DNA of 55,000 bases, counting the filler, from Porpidia crustulata (lineage: Eukaryota), in NCBI GenBank assembly GCA_964255105.1. It is 4 parts of 4 records of this genome, joined end to end, with 100 filler letters (N's around TTAATTAATTAA, not from the genome) between each part and the next. Parts side by side here need not be neighbours in the genome. Positions count along the whole stretch, not along the records: positions 13,786 to 27,463 come from CAXUWE010000421.1; 3 more parts are not named here. One strand, written 5' to 3'. Numbering within the stretch: position 1 is the stretch's first letter; the number at the start of each line of letters is the position of its first letter. The notes below the pieces were generated by a model. That model was given only the letters and a program-made list of their open reading frames with translations, was not told where the DNA came from and did no database searches. This document shows, in pieces, positions 13,686 to 24,106 of this stretch. Made by a program: the position numbers and the translations under genes.

Positions 13686-13785
13686 NNNNNNNNNNNNNNN
13701 NNNNNNNNNNNNNNNNNNNNNNNNNNNNNTTAATTAATTAANNNNNNNNNNNNNNNNNNNNNNNNNNNNNNNNNNNNNNNNNNNN
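13686..13785. other. Artificial contig linker (N44-TTAATTAATTAA-N44)
   Basis: 100 bp with a central 12-mer giving stop codons in all six frames. Confidence 0.97.
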
Positions 13786-14054
13786 ATGGGCTTCTTGGCG
13801 GTGGGCTTTTTGGCGGTGGGCTTTTTGGGAATTGGTTTGGTCTTCTTTGGTGTTGTCTTCCTTAGGGGTGTTTTCTTGGTAGAGGTACTAGTCACGGGGG
13901 TCTTTTTCTTCTTGGTTCCTCGCTTTTTGACTTGCTTCGGGCGAGGGTATTCAGCTTTGGTGGCCATCGACTCTTCAGAGTAGCGGCGCGGTTTGGGGGC
14001 ATAGGGAGTGAGCCCCTGCTTTGCCCGAGCTCGGGAGCGGGTTTGAACTGCCAT
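13786..14054 (-). CDS. Lys/Pro/Thr-rich basic protein, N-terminal fragment (histone H1 tail-like low complexity)
   Basis: MAVQTRSRARAKQ...KKTPLRKTTPKKTKPIPKKPTAKKPTAKKP, open into the gap. Confidence 0.55.
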
Positions 14055-15734
14055 TAGGATTTGTAGCAAGATGCAAAATTCTGCGGGCTAGATGTAAGAA
14101 AGGGGAGGTTTGGCGCGAGAATTACAAGATTCCAGAAATTTTAGGTGTTGATTTGAAAAAGAATATTTGCGATCTGATATATGCATTGAAATGCTAGTGC
14201 CCGCTTTGTTCTTGTCTGTGAGCATGATTCCCGTTCTTCTACTGCTCGAGGAATTGCTGATAGCTTTGTCACCCAAGACCGCTCTTGGCGATTTAATCCA
14301 GTCGGTCTTTGTAACCCATTCCAATTCCATACAATAGCAAAATACCTTCCGCTTCCGGGTAGCTGGATCATAGGCATCGCAATATCAATAACAAGCAGGA
14401 ATTCACAATGAAATTAGAGGGATATGTAACAACGCGGATTATCCATTTCAAGTAGGACGCGCGAATGCCGAAAATCGGACCAATAAGTTCAGTCGCAGCT
14501 TTGAAACATTTGATAGTGATAAAATAAGTGAGATCTTTCGGTAGTTGCTTTTGCTTGAACAAATCATAGAAATGGTAGAAAAGTGAGCTTACTTTATCAT
14601 AGCGAGCCATGTCAATCATTAGCTTGGAACAATTCCTACACTATTAGACGGTTAGCTGAGAATGCTCACCAACCACCCAAGCCCCACAGATATTAGGATT
14701 GGGGAACTCATTCAGTGCATAGGATTTCCGTTTTCTAAGCACACCGTCCCAAGTCCCAAGTAAAGATAGCGGTTTAAGAGTAGTACTTTGACGCTGGTTG
14801 CCTCGTTCTTGATGGCATATGTGGAGTTTCTCTCTAGTTCCACCGTGTTGACATTATTCAAGTTCGTCTCACCTAGAAAATATGAGATAACCCAGTACTT
14901 TCGAAGGCTCCCAATTCCGGCAGTTGAATTTTAATTTGAGTAATCGTTCACTCTGCATTAGATTCCGAAGTTTGAACATCATGATACACCAAGAACCGTT
15001 TGGGACGCACAACTTATCAGGCCAAGTATACATTCACATTTTCGCTGTCTACCAGGCACTGCCTGGCGTTAGCATTGATGGCGACTGTTTTTGTTGCAGT
15101 CATGCTAGGCAGCACTGGAGGAGGCAGAGAATCTAGAGGCTACATCCAAGGGAAATCGGCGCAGAGAGAAGAATGTAAAAGTATTTAAAGCGTACGATTG
15201 CTTGAGAATAGAGAGAACAGAGGCAAATAAAATAACTTGACGAGAAGTCTCGGTAATAATCGCCGCTTCAAAGGCTGAAAGTTTTGCATATAAAAATATA
15301 TTCCACGAGCGGTTGAAATGTTCAGTTACTAGAACCAGGGACAACCCATTCTTCGTAGCTTGGACTTGAATCTATGAACATATTCAAAAGACGTGAGGGT
15401 AGCTTTAAAAGCAACAAGTAGCCATATAGATTGGTACCTTATATTTTAATAGTCTTGCCATCATCTCTTCATAGATTACCGATATAAATTTTATGATTCC
15501 TTATCGAGACAGTATCGAAGCGGCTGCAGTAGGAATTTGAAGTGCCGCGCGGGCACAGCGTCCTTGCGGGGAGAAAGTCAATCGATGCCGTTGGGCCGTC
15601 TCTAGCCGTCTATCAAGTATCAACCTACCTTATCTGAGACAAATGGAGTCAAATAACCGCTCCTTCGTCCTTGATTGGGGACAGCCGCTTTCACTAGATT
15701 CCTCTGGCTCTTTAGACAGCTGTATGGGCTCAGA

Positions 15735-17532
15735 ATGCTGCCCCCATTCGACTATTTCGAGCACCGTCGCGCCTGGTATTGATCAATGTACCTGAATCGA
15801 TGCCAGGGCTAACCATTTAACAGCCAGGGCAAGCAGTCCGAGCGAATCACAAGAATAGCCAATCTTCCCGAAGCATATCACGCTCCGATTTCCCAGAAAG
15901 ACAGAGAGATTCTCGATAAGCCTGTTGAAGAAGTTGTACAGGATGTCCACAAAGGGTTCATTCAGCCAATTGATATCCTTAGGTCATATGGCAAGGTCGC
16001 TATCAGAGCCCATGCCAAAACGAATTGCCTCACAGAGGTGATGATAAGAGAGGCAGAGCATTGGGTAGAGACGGACATAAATTTGAAAGGACCTCTGGCA
16101 GGCATTCCAATATCTCTGAAGGATTCTATCATTGTGGGTGGTTTCGACGTCAGTGTAGGGTATTCATGCAATACGGGAAAACCGTATACTCGGGATGGTA
16201 CTCTTGTCAGGATACTGAAAGATGCCGGTAAGGCATTTGGTATATGATGCCATGGCCAAGATAATGACGGATCCCACAGGTGCTATACCATACGTCAAAA
16301 CCAATCTCCCAATTACCCTCCTCTCCTTCGAATCGACCAATGATGTCTGGGGTCGCTGTAAAAATCCACACAATCTAGAATACTCTCCGGGCGGTTCGAC
16401 AGGTGGAGAAGGCGCCCTTTTGGCATTTGGCGGTGGCCGAATCGGAATCGGGTCAGACGTTGCAGGCTCGGTTCGAGCGCCGGCGCACTTCAGTGGTATC
16501 TATTCGTTACGCTGCTCGACAGGGCGCTGGCCAAAGATGGGCGTGACCACCAGCATGCCTGGACAAGAAGGTATAGCGAGCGTCTTCAGCCCTATGACAC
16601 GCACATTGCCAGATCTTGTCTATTTCTCCAAGAGCATGATCGCCATGAAGCCATGGAATTATGATCATAGTGTTCACCCAATCGAATGGCGATTGAGTCA
16701 ATATCAGGAAGCGAAGGATAAGCAGAAATATAAAATTGGTATTATGAGAACAGATGGTGTCATCCCTCCTTCTCCTGCCTGTGTTCGCGCCCTTGAAACA
16801 GTCATTTCGGCCCTTCGATCGGAAGGCCATGAGCTTGTCGAGATCGACCCGCCATCCCCATATACTGGTCTCCTCATCGCCTCCACGCTGTTGACATCTG
16901 ATGGCTGCAAAACCTATCGCGACCCTTTTCGCACTGGCGAGTGGAATGACCCAGGCGCTGCACAGATGAACTTCTACATGAAGATCCCAAGACCCTTGAA
17001 ATACCTCTATTTCCTCTGGGTTAAATATGTCCGTCGTGACGAGGTCTGGGCCGGCCTATTAGAGAACTTCCACCAGAAAAGCGCGTACGAACAATGGAAG
17101 TGGGTCGCGAAGCGGGAGGTGTACAAGGCCGAATGGCATACCTGGTGGCAAGAAGAGGCGAAGGTCGATTTTATGATTACTCCACCCAACGCTACTCCTG
17201 CGGTTCCTCATGGAGCCATGAGGGATGCTGTTAGCAGCTGCGGCTACACTTTCCTCTTCAATCTGCTCGACTATACATGCGGGATCATCCCCGTGACGCA
17301 TGTCGACAGATCGCTTGATCAACTCGACCCGTCAACCGATCTAAAGAAGATGAACAGAGTAGCGAGGGGGGCGTATAAGCACTATCTTGCAGACAAAATG
17401 AATGGTTTGCCAGTTGCGGTGCAAATAGTAGGCCAGCGATTGCAAGAAGAGAAAGTCTTGGCATTCATGGAGAGGATTGAAGAAATACTGGAAAAGAAAG
17501 GCGAGAAGTATGAGCACTTGGCAATTGAGTAG
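15735..17532 (+). CDS. Amidase signature family protein (acetamidase-like), 2 introns
   Basis: GPLAGIPISLKD (catalytic Lys), PGGSTGGEGALL, GIGSDVAGSVRAPAHFSG, GLPVAVQIVG. Confidence 0.93.
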
Positions 17533-17936
17533 GATGCAGTTGAATCAAATCCAATTTAAAGGGGCCTGAGGTGAATGTAAACTAGTGATTGGCGACCCCA
17601 GTATTTTCTAGCGTACCTTTTGATAGCCACCTTTAGCATAGAAAAGCTAAAGCTCTCAAGAGCTTCGGTCCTAATGATGTGTACCTCAGGACATATGCCT
17701 TGCTACTTACCGGCATCACCAAAGATGGCGGTATTTTGTCGTACTTCAACGTGAATGTTGCCCCTGCTCTTCTAACATCAGAGAAACTGCCTTCGCATCC
17801 TGGCGGGAAATTCGAAACGTGTGGGCGATACACTTCGTCTTCCGCTGTCCGTGCGGTTCTGCAGTGAACAGCAAGCAGCGCTTGCACAGAATGTAGCATT
17901 ATCCGATGCCCAAGGCCACTCTAAAGCCCGTCCCTC

Positions 17937-18218
17937 TCACCCCGAGCTCACAGGCGGAATAATCCCCACCTCGTCCCCCTCCTTAATCGCCATGCCCGTC
18001 CTGTCCTCCTCCACATCCACATAATCCAGATTAATTGTGACCGCACAGCTCTCCAGCACGCTCTCCTTGATGCCAGGGTACCTTTTCTCCAGAACCTCGA
18101 ATAGATCCTTCAGGAGAAGTGGCGCTGGGAGACTCTCAGACTTTTTCCTAGTGAAGCTGGATGCGGAAGCAAAATACAGGATATTGAAGTGGTTGGGCGG
18201 GGGTTTGGAGGTTGCCAT
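17937..18218 (-). CDS. cnxG: Molybdopterin synthase sulfur-carrier subunit (MoaD/MOCS2A)
   Basis: 93 aa ubiquitin-like protein with ILYFASA near the N-terminus and GDEVGIIPPVSSG at the C-terminus. Confidence 0.92.
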   Translation of the reverse strand: MATSKPPPNHFNILYFASASSFTRKKSESLPAPLLLKDLFEVLEKRYPGIKESVLESCAVTINLDYVDVEEDRTGMAIKEGDEVGIIPPVSSG

Positions 18219-18642
18219 TGTTTGGTATTTGGTACGATCTGTCGAAGTAACACCGTTTGGTTAGCTGAAGAATAGCGGAAGATTATTCTCATTTGATGGC
18301 ATGGTGAGAAGAATAAGACGGATCAGACGGGTCGATGATTTCTGTGACAGAGACACATGGTACTCTTTCGGATAATACATGCTATTTGTTCTTTTTATTT
18401 CATCAAGAAAGGCCTTGTGGTTGAGGGATGGAGAGAAAGCTTGTAACTTACTAAATGGGTTATGCTCCTACTTAGAAGAGGAACAGATTGTTTGGAACGC
18501 AATCTCAGCTCGCGTGAAAGTGCGTTTTGTGCGTTTGCCGACTACCGTAAACATTTCAATAGACTACCTTAACCTTCAAAGCTGTAAGTTAAGACTTTTA
18601 GGGTTATATCTACCAGGGCGCCTCTTGACCCCGGAAGCCCAC

Positions 18643-21600
18643 ATGCGCAAGATTCTTGGTACGCCGACGAGGCAGCGACTCCGCCTCCACTTCAATTTTG
18701 ATATAGGCCTCCTCGCCGAGGGTATATGCTGGCATTGTGCCCGGCGGCAAACTCAACGATATGCTTCCACCGCTCAGCATACGGGCTCAGGGAGAGAATG
18801 GAAATCCCAGGAGTCTCACGATGCTATCAATAAAGCTCACATGCAGAGGCGACAGGCTAGGGAGGGTAGTTCAACAAGATCTACCACAATCAGACAAGTG
18901 TATGCTAGCAATACCTCCGCTGGGCCCAAGTCCGGGATCGACACTTTGCAGGATCCAACCCGTGCAAAAAGCTCTTCGTTATTTCGCAGGATAGAATATG
19001 CGCCTAAAGAGGTTTGGTTCACACGATGGACGTCATCGCCTCCGGAATTGGTGAGGACGTATGCAGCGAAGCCAGAGCCAGAAGTGAGAAAAACCAGAAG
19101 AAAAACCAGCAGGCTTGATCGTCGGAAGTCCGCAATATGGAAGCCTCATCAGTCTATAGAACTTATTCTAGACGCATATATGGAACAGTTCGAACAAAAG
19201 GCTGAGGAAATAAAGAACCCAGTGCCAAGACCGGACATGGCTTCACCTAAACCCAAAATCCACAGTTTCTACAGACCTACTCAAACTTACAGGAGCTATA
19301 GTACAAGTAGCGTAGGTAAGATGATTATCACGCAGATCTTGACAGGACTGACTTTCCCAGTATAGACGCTCGGGTCAGACAGTAGCCGCGGTTGCTCCCA
19401 TCGGAAGAGCATCTCCCTCAGAGGCTCCGCCTGACACCCGTATGGGCATTCGTGACCGGTTGAGAGCTTGGCAAAAACAGCATGAAAAAGATCCTGAAAC
19501 TTCCACGCCTCACGGTTTCCCTGTCAGCATGTCTGGATCTCAACAAAATCTACTCGGCCAAGCTGGAACAAGCGATACGATAGACTGTTTCTTGGAAGAT
19601 GACGATCCCTCTCAAAACGAGCTGGCCTCGACCTTGAATGCCGATGATCAAATCGTTGACGCTGGTGACTCTGAGATTTATCTTCGAAAAGGAGATCTGG
19701 TAGAACTCTTGTGAGTGCACCTGCTAGTGTTTTTCGTACTCGTTCTGATGCTTATCCCTTGTAGTTTGAATGGGGGACCTTCATTGGCCGTATTTATCCG
19801 CAATTTCAACTCGCAGTCGCAATTTTACGCAATGCAAGGTAAGTGGGTGCACAGGCCGCTTCGAATATGTAGATTTAGTGTGAGTCAATTCTTTGTGCCG
19901 AGCGCCGTAGACCGAATTTTGCCCTATCTGCCCACAGAGGAGGTCGCTGAAGATGAATTGGACAAAACTCATGCCCTCGATATCAGTGTTCCCCGCGAGT
20001 TAGGAGCGGACTTAGTCGACAAGATGTTGGGATTCTATAGGGCAGCTGATGGCGTGTTCAGGAAAAATTCAGAAAGGCTTGACAATGCTCATGAGATATT
20101 AGCGCATCCAACGAAGCGTAGCTGGATCTCACTGGAAGAGGCTGCAGTGAAGCTGCTCAGTCTAAAATCCGAATCGCGTCCCAGCGACCCGACGCTCTGG
20201 GCCGTACACAGGGTTTTAATGAGGACGGATGGTGTCAGAATGGGTTTCAAAAAACACCGGCTGTCTCCAATCTTTGATATCATACCGCAATCTGAAATCA
20301 ATGAGATTTCCAGAGTGAGGCAATGGTTACGAGAGTATCAAGAAGACATTATAGCCAATGCAATGACGGGTCGTGCCCCTACACGGCAGAGCAGCTCGGG
20401 ATTTATTAATCCATTCTATCAATTCTTTTCCAAGGCCCGTACCTTAATAGCAGAAAGCCGGAAAACGCGAGCTGCTACACCAAACGGTCTTGGTCCAAGT
20501 TCTATCAAAGTCGTTCCTATCGCTCCCCATTGGGCGGTATGGAAGGATATTCCATCACTGCATTTCAACAGCCGAGAAAGGCAAATATTGGAATTTATGA
20601 GTCTTTGGGTAAATAGTGCGACTATGGGTCCCGGCTCAACCCTGAGGTCATTAGGCCCGATGGTACTTCGTGCAGTCAGGATGTACGAGGGATTTACACT
20701 CGGGATAGATACTGGAACCTTGTTTCTGCAAGAGATGGGTGTGGTAGCTCCATGGCACAATCGCGTGTTATACAATACAACGCTGAATCTTCCTGGACAT
20801 CGGATGGATCCTGAGACTGACCGCCTCCACGCCGAAGCGAAGAGATCTTCTGGTTACCTTGTGATGAAAGACTCCATGCAAGACTTGCGGCGAGACTGGG
20901 CCGACACGGAGGTCTTCTGCATCGATGACACTAGTGCTAGCGAAAGAGACGATGGAATTTCTTTAGAGCCCGTTCACGGCCATGACTCGCAATGCTGGAT
21001 ACACATTCATATTGCGAACCCGTCAGCTTTTATAAGCAAAGACTCCAGCCTTGGACTGTATGCAAGACACGTCACTCAGTCCATCTACCTTCCGGAGCAG
21101 CGATTTCCAATGCTAGAGCCGAGTATTGTCGACAAGTACTTCAGTCTGGCAAATGATAGGCCTGCGATCACTTTTAGTGCCCGACTCGGTGACGACGGTG
21201 AAATCCTTGAGACTGCTATAGTCAACGGCATCCTCCGTAACGTTAGACATGTTACAAGGCAGACACTACGGCAATATCTTACAATTGATGACGGGTTTGG
21301 AGCAAAGAAGCCCAAGAACATCACAGTAGGAGGCGGAGACTTGGGATTGAGCATACTGCCCGTCAAGCAGCAGGAGACAAGACCAGAAACAACAAATTCT
21401 TTGACGGTATCCCACATAGCAACCCTGCGTAGATTATCGGAATTAGGTGCGGCGAGACGTCAAAGACGTGAGCGTAATGGTGCCATTGATTTCATAAGTC
21501 AGCAGGTACCAAGACCGGAACCGAAGGTATATTCTTCCGAGACTGGAAACAATTCAACCATTTTTTCGGTAGAGAAAAGCCTACGGACTGAAGGGGATCC

Positions 21601-22453
21601 GATCATCTCCTTGAATTACCACGAGTTTGAGCCTATATTGTCACTGAAGCCTCAACCCTCTGAGACACTGGTCCCAGACTGCATGATCCTAGCCGGAGAA
21701 ATCGCGGCGATGTGGTGCAGTCAAAGGAATATCCCTATTCCCTATAGAGGGACGCTTGAAAATCCCGAACCCGTAACTTCCCCGGAACGGTTCAAGCGAG
21801 AAGTCATTGATCGTGCCGTTGCAGAAAAAGGCTTCGCCCCCTTGGTCGCTAATCTCCACTACTCTACTCTCATCGGACAATCTCACCTCTCGGCAACTCC
21901 CTCTCGCCACACCATCATGGGCGCTCCTTACTACTGTAAAATCACCTCACCCCTCCGCCGTTACGCCGACCTTATGGCCCACTGGCAAATCGAAGCCGCC
22001 ATCCGTCGCGAAGCACAAACAGGCACCACCCTCATTGGTAACAAACACAACGACTCCTACCTACCATTTCCCTTCGCAGAAGCCGAAGCCACCATCTCCC
22101 ATATCTATCGCCGCGAAGACGTCCTCATGGCCTGTAGCCGTGGCTCCGTGCGTCATTGGCTCACGCAGCTGCTCTTCCGGGCATTCTATTACAAGGAAGC
22201 GCCCCTGCCGGAGGTATTCGAAGTATACATATACAGTGCCAGCCTGACAGATCCGGCGAACTTCCAGTTCGCTGGGCTGCTGAAAGAATTAGGCCTCAGT
22301 GTTTACCTCGCGCAAACCAAGACGACCGAAGCTGTTGGGGGGATTGGAATGGGGGATCGGTGGGAGGCCCGGATCGAGCAGATCGCTTGTCATAAGAGGT
22401 ACATCCTGATGACGCCGTTCAGGCTGATTGCAAAGGGGGATATCAAGTGGTGA
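18643..22453 (+). CDS. cyt-4: Mitochondrial RNase II/RNB exoribonuclease (CYT-4/Dss1-like); introns ~19312-19360 and ~19711-19764
   Basis: RNB motifs VFCIDDTSASERDDGIS, WIHIHIANPS, SIYLPE, MILAGE, TSPLRRYADLMAHWQI; Arg-rich N-terminus resembling a presequence; start codon uncertain. Confidence 0.85.
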
Positions 22454-22644
22454 GTGAATGGTCGATAACAGACGGCCTAGGGGGCATCAAAAAATCGGGC
22501 TGGCTTTGAACCCCAGAAAAAAGTCACTCCACTCTCGAAGCATTTATTCGGCCGACAAGAAATGAGCGGAGTCGAAGCCTATGGATATGGTGCTGCGCGG
22601 CGATTCAGGAAATTTGCGGTCGAGGCGGCGTTGGATTCAGGCAT

Positions 22645-23782
22645 CTGGACGGGGACAATTCATGTAGAATAGCTGCACATACCAACCGCGACCAGAATAC
22701 AGTCAAACAGCAAAGTCCATCGCGAGAGTACAGATCTGTGATCGATCCCATCTACCTAAATGATCATCGACGCCGTATATTTTGTCCGTTCTGTCCAATC
22801 CCAGCGCCGAATAGAATGACGGCGTCGCTCTGTTGCAACGTAAAGTCCGCTGGCGCGTCATCGATGTGTCCATCGTTCTGCCCCAGTTTTGGCCCCTGGC
22901 CCCCTTAAACCCTCGCAAATCCACTCAGCCGCGGGAATTACCTCGTTTGGTAAGGCGTGTTCGCGTTTCGCTAGCGCCTCGTCGCTCCGCCGCCCTCCTG
23001 CTTCTTCTCGTAATCCTTTCGATGTTCGTTTCTTCACGAGACCTCGATCAAGTGCCCAGAGAGCAAGGTGGAGCCATCGTCCACATTTGGAACCGGTGTT
23101 GTTGGAAGAAGGCCTTTTGATTTTTCTTTTTCCAAATCTGCACTTTCTTTCTTGTTTGATACCACAGAATTGGCCTTTTTCCCTCGCCGTTCGAATGAAA
23201 GACAAGTAGATCGATTTTTGATTTGAGCGCCGCCTTCTAGATCAATTATAGCTGTTCTCCGCCAAGGGCCGGCTTTATGCCTGATCCTTGGTGAATGCAG
23301 TTCTCATCGCTCCTTTTGCCGTTGGAAGGGGGGGTGTTTCTTGTGTTGCAGCACGGTTGCCTGCTGTTTGCTGGGTTGCAAGGTTTTCGGCTATGGCATA
23401 AGTAATATTTTCATGACCTCTCTGGTATGAGGATCTGTGTACGTGTCAATCAGCATATTTCAGCCTCAACTGCCCCAATCGCGTTACATTTTGAAGAAAA
23501 GAGAATTGTTTCAAGACATGTGAATCAGCCTCTCGGCATTGACAGCATGCAGGGGTCAGTGCTTGGGCTCTTTGCGTGATCGAATATTGAAGACTACGTA
23601 ACCGAGCATCTACTAGCAAAAAGATGTTCTTATGTTGAGAGGGTGTAATGGTCACGGCCAAGGTCGCGATTGGGAAAGAGCGGTGATAGAAGTCGGCTGC
23701 TTTGCGCAAATCTGGATGGTCGATCTAAGAGCTTGGCTGTATGCCATTACCTATGAATTCTTCCAAGTTCAAACCGTCAGGC
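22645..23782 (+). ncRNA. Candidate structured long ncRNA, telomerase RNA (TER)-like
   Basis: Nested end-to-end helices, core-enclosing helix, hairpin followed by CCCTTAAACCCT, H-type pseudoknot with U-rich and A-rich strands, and ATAAGT...GCTGAC..TAG right after the 3' helix; pairings found by eye; ends approximate. Confidence 0.5.
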
Positions 23783-24106
23783 ATAAGTCGATTCTTGGAC
23801 AGAGTGAGCTGGTTGCCGGGTGTGTATGATTGAACTTTACTTAATGCCCTGAAAAGAAACTTAAAGCTGACAATAGCGAAAACAACAGATTCGATTCTCT
23901 CGAGCAGATACATAATCAACATGTAAAAATAGCGCGACACTATAATAGGAATTGCGAACCAAAGGGCTCTGATAGGCCCCTAGATCTTCTTCATTGCAAA
24001 TTCCGAGTTTCAACAACATCCCGTGGCCCCTAAGCTCCCAAAACCGCGATTCTTCACCCTTCCAAAAACTAATATCGCCTTGGAAAGCAGATTTCGTAAT
24101 GTGCCT

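Noticed and set aside
17633..17899. ORF just downstream of MOCS2A, possible bicistronic MOCS2B as in mammals
   Set aside because: No MoaE motifs in the translation; likely a spurious 3' UTR ORF
17937..17950. MOCS2A ends in VSSG rather than the canonical GG
   Set aside because: To my knowledge this ending is usual for filamentous-fungal CnxG; the terminal Gly is retained
20915..20960. RNB active site reads DDTSASERDD (Glu at the second acidic position)
   Set aside because: Glu at this position is typical of mitochondrial Dss1/CYT-4 enzymes, so not evidence of inactivation
22833..23209. Three overlapping 95-115 aa ORFs on both strands
   Set aside because: No domain-like content; better explained as chance ORFs in a GC-rich structured RNA
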